In this document: positions 22,730-37,384 of the stretch, in pieces
Layout of the letters: every line of letters starts with the position of its first letter
Numbering within the stretch: the first letter of the stretch is position 1
Assembly: GCA_000165425.1 (NCBI GenBank)
Contig: CT868174.1
Span: forward strand, 248,001-312,000
DNA from: Paramecium tetraurelia
Lineage: Eukaryota
Reading direction: 5' to 3'
DNA length: 64,000 bases
Translations under genes and position numbers: made by a program
Notes under the pieces: generated by a model
The model's input: the letters and a program-made list of their open reading frames with translations, nothing else
What the model was told of the DNA's origin: nothing
Database searches by the model: none

Positions 22730-25700
22730 ATGAGAAGTTAAGACAATTCAAAATTAAATATAAGTGTTCAAATCAAAGAGAACAGTTTTATTAAGGGACG
22801 TAAATTAGACTCCTTCACTAATACTCCTTTAGTAGTAAACTCTCGAGAACATCCTTAATATGGGAATATAATCAAAGAAGAAGAAAATGATATAATGTTG
22901 GGTAATTTGATCAATAGACCAACAAAAATTAAAACCAAAAAGAAAAAAAAGAAGAAGGCTTTAAATACTAAGCTTAGCGCGCCTGTGACTAAAGCATCAT
23001 AAGAAAAGCTTGAAAAAAGTAGTAAACCTAAAAAGTTTGTAAATACTAGTATGAACAAGCTTTAAAAATAAAAAAAAGTTAATACTGCCCCTCTCTTCAA
23101 TTGGGGAGTCAATTAGGAACGATTAAAAAATTACTTTTTAAATGAATAACTCAAATAGAGAAATGTCCAAGACACCATGTTGAAAAGAGTGAATAAAACT
23201 GATGTGGACATTAAATAGAGGAGAGATCAATTAGGTGTTTCATTTTTAAATAATATATCCATCGATAAATTTATTAAAAAGAAAAGTAAGCACTCTTATT
23301 TTATATCATTTAGAAATAAATAAATCATTGACTCCAACTAAAAAAGATCCAAACAAACCTAAATTTTAAATCAACCAAGAAGAAATCAGGAAATACAAAG
23401 AATTCAAATAGAAACTGATTATGATAGCAAAATAAGAATTAAGAAAGAAAGAATACGAAAGACAATTCAAAATCCATCAAAATTTATAAAATTCTCAATG
23501 ACTATATAAGATCAAGAAATAGAAGGTTCTTTCAGTTGGAGATACAAAATAAAGAAGAAAAAATAGAACTGCATCAACCTATGGAATTATTTATGAAGAT
23601 TAAAAAGAAAATATCATATCAGATAGATATGATTAAAAGAAAAAGAGAAAAGTGTTATGTCAATTCAAAAACCAATCTGATAAATCTAAATTAGTGTAAT
23701 TGTCTAATCATGAATCCATGAGGCAACCGTGCTCATCAATATATCAATATATGAGCAATTCAAGTAGCGCAAACATACCTAATGAAAGCGATCCTGAATA
23801 GGACTTTGCTAATTTTGATAATAGTTTTTATAGTTAGAAACTCATTACTTTAGGAGAAGATAAAGATGAAATGCTGAGTTCATAAAGAGATTGGGATGAA
23901 CAGGATATTAAAGAAATTGAGGAAATTAGATCAATAGAGTAGGCCGCAAGTAAATATAGTGAAAAAAGATAAATATCTTAAACAGATGAACAAGCAGCTA
24001 TTAAAATATAAAAAGTGTGGAGAAGATATAAAACAAGATAAATTTTAAGCTATTATTAAGATTATTTTAAAAAAGAGGAAGAATAAGCAGAATTTAATTT
24101 AAATGATTTACATTAAAGTCAAATTCAAGAATTAATAAAGATGGGTTACATAAAAGTTGATTCAAAAGGATAAATTTAATTAATAGATAAGGACCAAAGT
24201 GAAAAATCTTCAGACTCTTCAATATAAAATAAGAATAAAAAAGCAAAATTAATTAAAGAAGAAGTACCAGAAGCGCAAAAATAAATATTTGCTGCACATT
24301 CCTATTAAGATTACATTGAAGGCTTTAGTGATTCAATAGATAGTGAAGAAAAGAAAACTACTGAAAAAAAGCAATTCCTATCAGCAATTTCAGAATAACA
24401 AGAAATGGAAAACTGCAGAGAAAGTACTGAAAAGAATTCATTGATTATGAATCAATAAATAACCTTCAAAAAAAAAAAGAGATTGTCAATTGATGTTGAT
24501 GAAATTGAAAAGGAATATTAGAATTAATAATAAGTTGAAATTGGAGAAATCAGATGTGCAATTGGATCTGAATCTCTTATTAAAAGTTTATCTTAAGAAG
24601 ATTAGACTTTCAATTAAGAGAAGAGCATCTTCGAATAAACTTCATTTTAAGATTTTGTTTCGGTTAAATTCAAAGAGTTCATGTCAAGAGATAAAATGGA
24701 TGAACTAATAGTAATGAGAGAGAAAGTACTTGAAGAAAGACATAAATAATAAATTAAAACAATAAATGATGCCTATTAAAACTAATAAATATCTCCTAAG
24801 ACTTATGATTAATAGAATAGAAAACTTGAAAAATGGGTAACAAAACAAAGAAAAGATTTGGAAAAGAAAAAAAATGAGATTATCAAGGGTCAATAAAGCA
24901 CTTATGAGACTGTAATGAAAACTCAAAGAGATCTTCTATTTATGAAATAGATATCTCAATCGAATTCACAATCTTACATAAAGATTATAGATAGTTTTAG
25001 TTAAGAATCTGTTTTATATTCAGAATAATCATTAAGAAATAGTATTATAGACATTCAAAATTAAAACCTTCAATAATTTTAACATTAATTACCATAAAAA
25101 TCATCCTTACTTAGTGAAGAAGATTTAAGCAAATCATAAAATTTTGATGATGAAGTGATTTTTAAAAATAACTCAAGTCCTTCTAATCACTAGTTTGCAG
25201 ATTATGAACAAGAGCCATTCAATCTGCATTTGCTAGCCTAATCTCAAGTTTTAAGAGTCTCAGACATTGTAAGAGATTAATCTAAGATGTCTGAAAAGTA
25301 GGCAGAATCATACTCTATCCTCATTTCAAATATGTTGATAGTTTAGGAAATTTAATTGTTCTGCTAAGAACTTGGCAGACAGAATATTGATATTTTTGAA
25401 TTAGTTACAAAAGCATTGATCAATAGGCCCCCATCTTAATTGCAAACATCTTATGGAACAAACTAAAACAAAGGCTTTAAAACTGGAATTCCATAAGTCA
25501 AGACTTATTTAAGTCATTTAACAGAGTTTATGCTTTGCAATTTTAAAGATGAAGTGTTAGCCAAAATAAATGTTCCTTTAGGACCTTCATCAAAAGATAT
25601 GCTGAAATTCTTACATCCTATTTCTGATTCAACCATTTTATCCGATGAGGATTCTAATTAGAATGAGAATTACTTGTAAAATATCATAATGACTGCAGAA

Positions 25701-26233
25701 CTATTTGGTACTTTTGAGAGATTTTTAATAAATGAATAAATTCTGAAGAGCCAAACATCTTAATTACTTGAATTGGAGCATATTCATAATAAAGCAATAT
25801 TCGATGCTTTGAATGAAGCTTTAGATTATCATAGACCTTATGGGATGGCAGGATAACCTTATGCTTGGAAATCTGATGCTGGTAGATTACAGTTTCGAAA
25901 AAAGATTATTAGTGATATGCCAAACATAATAAAATCTAGCTTAGATAAAGTTTTGGAATGGTGTCATTATTTAGTTGGATTTCTAATTGATAAAGAGGAT
26001 TGTCCATATCCTAAGATTCTGATGTTTGATCAAGAGTGTCTAGCTTAAATAAAAGAAGATAGGATGATTAGAATGCTATCTGCTGAGGTATTTTTTTGAT
26101 GAAAAATCTTTAGATTATTGAAAATGAAGATAGATGGATAAGCTACGATGAAGAACAAACTGTAGTTGCAATCGACTTATCAGATATGATTTTTGATCAT
26201 TTACTTGAAGAATTACTTTAAGAAATTCATTGA
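22730..26233 (+). CDS. IQ-motif, C-terminal DUF4378-type (CEP350-like) protein with an internal in-frame TGA at 23499
   Basis: IQ motif AAIKIQKVWRRYKTR. C-terminus HNKAIFDALNEAL...ENEDRWISYDEEQTVVAIDLSDMIFDHLLEE resembles the CEP350/TRM C-terminal motif. Confidence 0.75.
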
Positions 26234-26276
26234 TTTTTATTATTATTTTTAAATAATTAATTAGTAAAAAAAATAA

Positions 26277-29081
26277 TCAACTGTCTTATTTCAATATTTT
26301 TTTTATATTTCTCCAATTTATGCTTTGCTCAATAGATAATTTGGCTAATCTCTGTAGTTTTTAATTATATTTCATTAGGTTCAAACTGAAAATTCCTTCC
26401 TAATTTATGAAATCTTGTAAAAAACTTGTATCGCCCTGTTCTAAATGATCTAAAATCCATTCTTCTTGTAAACTTGTAAATATTTCAACATCTTTTTGTA
26501 ATGATTCTGAACATTCAATTTCAATATACTTTAGATCTAGACATTCTTCATCATTTTTTCCCAAACGCAATTGTTCAAAATATTGCTTGATCTGATTAAA
26601 ATTTATTTCATTTGATTGCATTTACTTAATATTTTTGTAGATCTAATGCTTGCAAATGAATCTTTATAAATTACTTGTATTGTGCTATTCTAAAAATTAT
26701 AAAATTAATTAACAATTTTCTTCATTTAATATAATTTGAGTTAAGGGAATATCCATTTATAAAAGGATTATTTTATCAAGTAGATTTGTTATATAGGATA
26801 AATAAGATCTAAGACATATTTGAGCTAATTCCTATTAGAGATCATACCATTTATTACACACTTTTTTATTGCATTTAGATAGCTGATAGAATAAAGCACT
26901 AAAATTGGTTTTTGTCAAGAACTATGAATATTAGGAAAAATAGATTGTTGAATTGTTATTGAATAATTATGATAAGGCAGATCTAAATTTGTCAAATTAT
27001 TCAAAGAATATCCAAATCCATTGTAATTGACGAAGTTGTTATTCTTTGATGTCATAAAGTGACTCGCTCTTTATTTCTGAAATAATTTTAATATTCTTTT
27101 AGATAAAATCCATTAGTTAAGATAAAACACTATTGTTATTAATTTTTGTTATATCTAAAAAGTCATCTAATATTAGATTAAAATTAATTGATAGAATAGA
27201 TTTCATTGATGATTGCAGTTGAACAATATCAATTTCAAATTAAAGTATACCCTCAAATTATACTTTTATAGCATTAAAATTTCCACTTATTGTTTTATTA
27301 CTTAATTACCTAATTATAGGTTGAAAGATTTAAAGTGATTTTAATTATTAATGTTATTACTCGTTTGACTATTGATTAATTGAATTTTCCAAGTATAAAT
27401 TAAAATCAGATAATATGCTTAATTATTTTGGATTTATTTCATTATAGCTTTGTAAATATTGAGAATAAAAATTTTCAAAATCTTTTTATGCCTTAAAGTC
27501 CTTAATTTCTAAATATTTATGTAGTTAAGGATAAAAGGCTTGAATTTTTTCTAATTCTTTTTTTATTAGTTTTTCAAATAATTGAATAAGTCTAGATAAA
27601 TATTTATTCTCATATTTTAAGTTTGTTAAATATTAAAGAACATTTTTTAAATCTTATTTCCTCTAATTTTGTTCTTTATAAAGATTGATTAAATATATCC
27701 AAGTTTCTTATTTCAAATCTTATTTTAATTTTGCTAAAACATCATTGAATAATTGAAAATAATTAGATGAAATGTAATTTTTATATATTTTAACTTAGTT
27801 CAATAATATTGATTGTAAATTCTAGGCTATTTTTATATCAATTTATAATTAATCAAACTCACGTTGACATTTATTATAAATCTTATATCTCATAATGTGT
27901 AAGTATTGATATGTATTGATATTAATCATCTTAAATTGTTTTTAGTAAGCTTTTACTAATTTTATATTGTTTTCTGATGTAATTATAAGTTGCTTTCCAG
28001 TCAATTACTTTTCTATGTATTAATAAAATTCAGTTATGCAATCCAAACCCTTTGCTTATTCCAATAAATATTTCATCTTTTCAATAATAGACAAAGACTA
28101 TCGAATTTATTCAGTATTCTAAGCGTAATGTAAAATCTATTAATTCAACTCTTTTTAGAAATCGAGAAAATAGATTGAAGCAATTTTCTCTAACTTTAAC
28201 ATTTGTTATGATTTTTGTTGTTCAAATGAAGGATACTTTTAGATCAGTTAAATCAAGCCTTGGCATGCTTATTTATATTACAGATAGTTTTCGCTTATAT
28301 ACATTAATCTCTTTTTCTCTGAAATAGTTTGCTCTAATTCTTTGGCATGCATTTCAATTGAGGAATATATTTATAAAGATAAAGATGTGAACTCAGCTTC
28401 AGATGTTTCATTTGATGAATGTCCGATAGTTTGATCTAGTAAATTACTGCCTTGATTATATTAGAGAAAAGTTGATTATTATTAGGCAGAAACTGACATT
28501 ACCTTTTCAAAAGTGGAGGCATCTTTTTAAATATCTTATAATTCTAATTAAATGGACTCAAGTTAATTGAAATTGTACTTTATTGATCGATTGAGTTCTG
28601 AATATTTGGAAACATTATTAGATTATTTAATTTCATTTATTAGATGATTCATTTATTCAATACATCTTTATTTATTAGATCTCATTTTTGTATGCTTTTC
28701 AATAATTGATTACACAATTCGAGCATCTGACTTTAACTTATATCTCAACTTCTCTCCTTCTGTTTCAAGTTGTTCATAAAATTATTATGAACCAGATTAA
28801 GTATTAGACATACTATTTTCTAATTTCATGTTGATTTATTATGGCTATCTAAACAAAATCAGGAACTATTCTAAGTCATTAGGTGATAAAATCTGAAGTT
28901 CATTTAGGACTTACTTTGATAAATCCAATTAATTTGAGTTTCTTAATCGACTGTTTTATTGCAGATTCTACTATATGATTGATTGCTCAAGAATTTTTGG
29001 AACTTATACATATTCAAGTGAATTTTAGAATGGATTTGAAGTAGTATTTTCAAATATTTTTTTCTTGTGGTTGATACTCAT
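26277..29081 (-). CDS. Uncharacterised helical/coiled-coil protein (~930 aa)
   Basis: ATG 29081 (MSINHKKKIFENTT...) to TGA 26277; span divisible by 3; includes ORF-track fragment 26400-26621. No family recognised. Confidence 0.7.
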
Positions 29082-29330
29082 AAAATTTATTTACTAAATA
29101 AATATAATTGCACAAAAATTAAAGAATAGTTAAATGGATAAAATGTAATTCACTTTTAATATCACATTTTTTTTTTGAGATATGTATTCTGTGGGTTTAT
29201 TCATTACACTGAATTTTGTAAAAGCATCCTTTCATTAATATTATGACGAATCATTAATTATAATAAAGCATTGCATCTATCCTATTTCAAAGACAATATT
29301 GATTAATTAAAATGAAAAAGATAACATAAA

Positions 29331-29838
29331 ATGGAATAGCTCACAAAAGGTATTATCTTCTTATGATCTAAGCCACCGTACAATAATTCATCAAATCCAC
29401 AACCAATGGGGAAATGAAATGCTCCAATGAGTTTGTGACATAAGTCATGTCTTTGGCTAGGGAGTATATCTAATCGGTTTCCGATTAAGCTAATACTATC
29501 TGTCTGGAAAATGGAAAAAAACAATATCTGGAGAGTTTTTCTATAAAGCTATTGTAAAATTGAGATTAGATGGATAAATTCCATTTCTTTCAGAAATGGA
29601 AGAAGAAATTAAAGAGGAAGTTAATTTAAAGTTTTCATGCGATTATAAGGTGAAAAATTAAAATAAAGCAAGGTTTCAAGACGAAGAACACTTGAAGTAG
29701 TTAGAGGAATAGCAAAAGGAGTTATATGAAAAAGCAAAATTAGTGAACAGTAAACTCATTTTTGAGGAAGAAGACAATAGTAAACCCAAAAAAGCATTGA
29801 ACTTACAATTCAATCAAGAATAAGAAGATCTTTAATGA
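29331..29838 (+). CDS. NC2-beta (Dr1) histone-fold repressor, frameshifted in an A7 run as assembled
   Basis: LTKATVQQFIK..EYIQSVSDQANTICLENGKK / TISGEFFYKAI..LEEQQKELYEKAK matches Dr1 motifs; 23-nt intron 29350-29372. Confidence 0.8.
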
Positions 29839-29859
29839 AAATATATTATAAAAACAGCA

Positions 29860-30687
29860 TAGCATAGTTTGTCTATCTTTCAATGCAACTAATGATGGTA
29901 GGTGCTTTGGGCTAAAGAGGAAAGACCATCTTCATTTATTTCCATTATTTCTATTATTTGAATTATATTATACCACTCATATTTAATGGAGGAGAGTTAT
30001 CATGCATGTATAATTGACGGGTTTCTTTAATCTCTTATTAATAGTTTTTTAATAATTTATGCAAATCATTTTTATGTGAGGTCATAGAGAAATCCTAAGC
30101 ACATTTTGGTAAATGATTTTTAAATTCTTACTTTTACTATTTATAATGTTATTCTCTGATATTATTTTTTTTCTACTTTTTAAAATCTATTTCTTCAGTT
30201 GATTCAGAATTTACCCAATATTATTCGTAACCTTGATTTGGGCTTCCTGCTTTAAACGGTGAATTATTTCTTTCAACAGATGAATTGATTTTCTTTGTAA
30301 TTCTAAATTATTATTTTTCTGGTCTTTTGGTAATGACTAATATTTTTTTATCTGACTAAGTTTGAGGTTATTTTTATATCAATTTAGCAGGGCTAGCATT
30401 CTTCATCATAAAATATTGAATCATACATGATACTGAAACACTCTTTGTTGATTTGGCGTAATGCTTCTAATTTTAATTATTTTCATGTCTTGAGGTAAGG
30501 GAAGTTCTTATTAATTTTTCCTTTGATTTTAATGTTAAGATAACATAGACTTTTTAAGGGGCAAAGGTGATTTAACAATGTGAGCTAATTTGCTTGAGTT
30601 TGGTCTGAGAGGAATTTCAATATTTGAACTTTTAACAATCGATTAATCAAATTCAATCTTTTGAGTTTACTTTCTTTTCATAATCAT
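29860..30687 (-). CDS. Uncharacterised basic, low-complexity protein; 3' exon structure unresolved
   Basis: ATG 30687 MIMKRKQTQKIEFDQSIVKSSNIEIPLRPNSS... with a plausible 26-nt intron. The downstream frame join is unclear and the end coordinate is approximate. Confidence 0.45.
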
Positions 30688-31215
30688 ATTTGGATTAATT
30701 ACAAAATGAATTTTATAAAAATGGTTGTGAATTTTTTTAGAAGAATTATCTTACTCTTTAAAATGGCTGTATTAATATTTGATACTCGAAAGTAGATAAA
30801 TTTTGTTATATTGAATATAATCTCAGTGTAATAATTCTAATGTATTGAATTTATTAAACTCACTTTATTTTGTAGATTGATAGATTATCAAAAGATTTTG
30901 TTAATTTATTATAAAAATATCTTTAAAAAATTATTGCATTTATTCTTGCTAAAAATTTAATTGGTTTTATTCCTTCATTCTTTAAAATAATAGGAATAAG
31001 AACTTTATAATCAATGTAGAAAAATATAATCTACCTTTGAAGGACTATTAAATCAAAGTGTATGTGAGAAATATATGATGTATTTTTCATCTCAATTGAT
31101 ATTCCAATAAAGATCGATTTAAGCTTACCTCTATTTGCTTAATGCTGTTTTTTTAAAGGTTTATTTAATGAGTTTTGGATTGATATTCATTATGGAAATA
31201 TAAAATATTATTTAT

Positions 31216-32326
<1,111 letters not shown>

Positions 32327-32475
32327 ATTAGCAAATTTTAAAGTATTATTAATTAATAACTTCTTTTCTCTCAAATTTATATCACTCTTCTATCTATTGT
32401 AATAAATTAATAATAAATAAGAAGATTAATTTAAACCAAATGCTGTTTTTGTAATAACTTTATTAGTTATATTCA

Positions 32476-33561
32476 TCACCTTCCTGACCATGAGGCAACT
32501 TACTTCTTGAAAATGATGATAACCTAATCCAAGATTGCATTTTCTTCATCTCTCTTTGTTTTAGCATCAGCATAATCAGCTCTCTTGGTTTCTAAGTCTG
32601 CTTAGGCTTAATCAAGGGCATCTTGGGATTCTTGTAAAATGATCTTTGATTTCGCTTATTAAGCTAAGGCAGCTTGGATTTACTAATAAATTATATGTAT
32701 TTATTACAGTGGCTAATCTGTCAGCATAAACTTGCTTTCTTTCATATTCGACCTTCAAATTTGTAACTTCAGCTTCACTCAATGAAACCCATCCAGCCAA
32801 TTCCCATGAGGCATTGATTTCATTAACTTCAAGAGCTTCAAGAGAAGCTTAGAGATTGGCTTCAAGTGATTCAAGAACTCCAAGGACTCTTTCAGCCAAT
32901 GTAGCTCCTCTGCTGACTCCTTCTTCTTACGAGGTTTAAGCCAAGTTCAAGAATGATTTAACTTCGTGTTCATTGAAGAGATTGCTGTAAGCCTTGAGTT
33001 TTTCAGCAACACTTGAGGCTTTCTCTTGAACTAATTCAAATGAATCACCATTTATGATGTAACCGGCAACATCTTGCTTAAGTACTCTAACAACTTCAAG
33101 AGCTTCTCTGTTTTGCTTAATTGATCTCACAAACAATTAGTTACTAAGACATTATTCATCAAGAAGAACACCAATCTTTCTTGTGATCTCATCTTATCTT
33201 TATTCATTCCAAGCAAGATAATTCTTAGTGTCTAATAATTCTTATTCAAATTGCACTCTATTTTCAATTGATTATTAGAATAGCTTTTAATTGAGTGATT
33301 TGATTTTTGTGAATTATTCAATTGTTCTATGTTTATATACTAAAATTACTGAGCTCCAATCCATTCATCTGTTTCATTCTTCTAATCTGCTGCAAATTAA
33401 GCATCCTTATTTGATTGTATAAGATCGTTTAATAAACCAAACACTGTATCGATGGCATCCATTGCCTTTGTGCCTGTTTAAAGTAAGGCCATTATTTGAT
33501 CATGTGTTGATGTTGCAGAAGCTATGCTCACTAACAACAAGATAGCAAGAATGACTTTCAT
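32476..33561 (-). CDS. Trichocyst matrix / granule-lattice (GRL-like) precursor protein
   Basis: Signal peptide MKVILAILLLVSIASA; acidic helical halves; YLAWNEQRQDEITRKIGVLLDEQCLSNQLFVRSIKQNREALEVV resembles the ciliate GRL/TMP family; two introns. Confidence 0.8.
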
Positions 33562-34633
33562 TATTAATATTAATTATCCAAACACATGACTCTCAATATA
33601 ATAGAATCTCAAAAACGGGTAAACCATATGATCAATGTTTTTGAATTGACCTTTAATCATTACCATACAACCTATAACTCACAGATATCTAACTATTTCT
33701 CCACAATTTCACTCCTACAAAACCTTTATTTCAATCAAATTAACCGTCTTCACATCATTTAAAGATATATTCAATTCTTAAAATTTATTTTATAATTAAA
33801 ATAAATCCAAATTATAAAAAAAAACTACGTTTAGAAATTATGGACCATTTTCCATCCAGTTTTTATAATTAATGATATTATTATTTTAAATGTATAATCT
33901 TTAATTAAATTGTCGAAATAGGTAGATAATCTAATTTGTTCAATTTTCACAATAAGATGAAGATATCTCAGTAAACAAAATATTAAATTCATAAACTGTC
34001 AATGTTTATCTCAAAAATAACGATTTCTTTCTATGAATACTTTTATGAATAAAATCGAAATAAATTTTAGAACTACTTAAATACTAGCAATTATCTAATT
34101 ATTACAAAGGATTTCAAGTATGAGAATCTATAAAAATAGATAAATACATAAAAATAAACCATTCAAATGTTCAACTTTTCCCATTGTAAGGTTAATTACC
34201 CACACAGCAGAATTATTTTTACATTAATAATGAAAAGCAAATTGAGGAAGCAAAATAAGACTCTAAAATCTATATGAAATTGATAAAGATGTAAAATGTA
34301 ATTTTTATGTTTTGATGGTGAAAAATTTTGATAACAGTTCCTATTCAAAATATTGTTATATTCTTAGTTCTGAAAGAAGAAATGCTTTTAGGAAAGATGA
34401 GGACTAATAAACCTCTGTTGTGAATCTCGATTATAATTTTATCAGAAAAGAAAAATTTTTGTTATTTTCAAAATAGTCAATATTGAATTTCGTTTGCTGT
34501 CCCATTAATCTGAATCAGATATTATAATAAAGAATAAACTAAGAGAAGATCCAAATAAATATATAATTTTCTTTTCATTTATAAACATAAAATTTTAATT
34601 TTTTGGACAATTAAATTAATAAATTTATAGAGA

Positions 34634-35790
34634 ATGAATTATGAGAGTCACCTAAGCGATAGTTTGATAGAACAAAATGAATAACATGTGTAATTACCTA
34701 ATTTTCTATTTGAATCAGGCAGAATTATGTTAATAAAAAAAAATCAGATCAAATTAATTCTTTCGGTCATCAAATATGTTTTTGGAATGTTATTAGTAAG
34801 AACATCTATATTCTCAGATCATTTTGAAATTTATACTTATTACAAATGAAAATATATTATCTCAACAAGAGTTTGTCTATAGTCTTTAGGATATAGAAAT
34901 ATGGCTTTATATAACAGGTATAGATTTCTTTTACATAAGTTATTCATAGCTTTATCGTCATGATTTAGTATAGAGTGATTTAAAAATACTTAAATAAATA
35001 CTCCATAATATTACAATTAGCTATAGAGATGGAACTAGTTAATAATATTAATATTGAATAAGGTTTGGATTAATAACAACGATAATAATAAATTTAAGAA
35101 TAAAATGATTACTAAAATCAACAATTAATTGGCAGGCTTTTACTTTTTGATTAAAGAAACATATTTGTCTAAAAATTGAGTTTCGAACTTTATGTACTTA
35201 TAAAATTATATTATCAGGAAAAATTGTTAGACAAATTTAAGTGTTTAAAACTTTTAAATAAATTATTGGTCTTGGCTTTTTTTTTCATTGAATTATTTGC
35301 CTTGATAATGCTATTGTATAGCCATAGCATATTTATTGTAGATAGACTATTTTATTACTTATGCATTGTTTATATGATTATAGTACTATATCTAATTGAT
35401 TTAGGTGGTGATATTTGGATTAAATTAATACTTTTCAACTTTTACTAAGGTATTCCTATGGATAGTGTTTTTCCCTGTTTTTATTACATATGAAACCTAT
35501 ATGTGGTTCAAAAGAAGGAAGGAGAAAAAGTTAGAAAAAATGAAAATTTTGGATAGTTTCAAGGAGTTATTAATAGATTAGAATAAATATCAATTAGAAA
35601 GTATTAACACAATAGATTCAATAAGATAATGATTGTGCTATATGTATGCAAAGTTTTTAAGCCATGGAATACGTGATCATACTGTCCTGTTCAGATAAGC
35701 ATGTATTTCATACGGATTGCATAGTAGATTGGTTAAAACTAAATACTAATTGTCCTCTATGTAGAAAAATAAGTAATAGAAGGTAATTGA
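34634..35790 (+). CDS. Transmembrane RING-H2 E3 ubiquitin ligase
   Basis: Several TM segments, then [36 protein letters not shown] after splicing the 25-nt intron 35601-35625. The likely stop at 35788-35790 is one base out of frame. Confidence 0.82.
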
Positions 35791-35825
35791 TATACATTTT
35801 ATTATAATTTATTTATAATTTTCAA

Positions 35826-37364
35826 TCATTTTGGAATGAAGATCTTAACTTCTCCATAATTTAAATATAAAGGAAATGCCCCACTGGCCACTTTCACACA
35901 GTCCGTAGTATAAAAGATGTTGCAAAGAGTTGTTCCTATAATGTCAATAAAATAGATACCTTCAGCATAAGGATGATATGTAATAGATTTGACAACTTAC
36001 TTATCATATTTATTCGAAAAGGCAGCAAACAATGTTCCCCTTGTAAATGCGTATACATCAGCATCTGCATATCTTTAAATTTAATCTTAAGAAGCAGCTT
36101 TTGTAGTTTTTCTAGCTTCATTAATTGTTTTGATAAACTTATACATCTCAGATGTTCTATTGAATATAAATATATATTTACTAATCTAAATGATTCCATA
36201 AAACTTCTCTATTATTTGGATCATTGCCCCCTGCATAATATTATTCAGATCCATAGTATATCATTGGGATACCAACTGAAGTGAGAGTAAATGCAGTGAT
36301 AGCTTTAAATTGAAGCTTCTTTAGTGCAGTCACGGTGAAATTTGAATTTTCTCCAAAGAATTCAAAGTCCTCAGGGATATAACCTGTAACTGCATCATTC
36401 AAGAACCTAGCATTATCATGATTATCATTAAAATTGCCCATATAAGGTAGATTAGCTTTACCAAATGAACTTGCAATATTGTTGAAGAAACTTTCAAGTG
36501 TATTCATTCCCTTATTGTGTAAGAATACATCTCTTAATGTGTAGAACAAAGGATAATTTAGTAGTCCATTTATGGGGCCTATAAATTATTTTAAGAAACC
36601 CATGTCTCCATCAAATACTTCTCCTACAGAATAAACTCCTGCTGCATTAGTAAATTTGGTCCAAAAATCAGTCTTTACCATCATTACAGTATCAATTCTA
36701 ATTCCATCAAATTAATATTCATTTATTAGCCATTTTATCCAATTAATTAGTTCACTTGATACAAATGAATTGTCCTAATTCAAATCAGCCAAACCTGCCA
36801 ATCTGCATTTCTAAATATTTGCTAAATTGTGAGTGTTGAAATCATTATCACTTATTATACAATAGTCATGATAATGAGCTGATGAATTGAATGGATAATT
36901 TTATTTATAGTCTTAATTAGTGTTGCCCATCTAAATTAATATTATTATTTACATGGTTAGCTACGACATCTACCATTACCCATACTCCTTTGTTATGACA
37001 AGCAGTAACTAAATTTTTCAGATCCTATGCAGTTCCAAAGTTTTTATTGACGTCATACATATTTCTATACCAATATCCATGATAACCGTTATCATAATTG
37101 TCATTTACAGGGGAAATCCAAATAGCATCAAATCCCATGTCTAATAGTATTAATAATAGCATTACTTGTTATGTAATCCAGATTATTGATTATTCCTTTA
37201 TAATCTCCTCCACAATATTTACTCAAATTACATGAACTTGATTTGCCAGTACTGGTTGCAAATCGATCAGTGAGCAATTGGTAAACTGTTCTTGTTTTCC
37301 ATTCATCCTTTGTTTTGCTTAGTACTTCTAAGAGAGAGAATGACAGAATAATAAATTTAATCAT
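35826..37364 (-). CDS. Secreted alpha-amylase, GH13 (Taka-amylase-like)
   Basis: Signal peptide; [64 protein letters not shown]. Confidence 0.94.
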
Positions 37365-37384
37365 TAATAATTATAATTTCTTTT

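Noticed and set aside
23485..23508. Retained IES explaining the internal TGA
   Set aside because: TA-to-TA distances are at most 22 nt, below the ~26-nt minimum known for Paramecium IESs.
33074..33089. PEXEL-like RVLKQ in the trichocyst-type precursor as a substrate of the PMV-like protease
   Set aside because: A short degenerate motif far from the signal peptide; expected by chance.
33587..33960. Plus-strand open frame of ~120 codons upstream of the trichocyst-type gene
   Set aside because: With TGA as the only stop such frames arise by chance; no recognisable motif or intron support.
35595..35635. Apparent frameshift just before the RING domain
   Set aside because: Resolved by the canonical 25-nt intron 35601-35625, giving ENNDCAIC.
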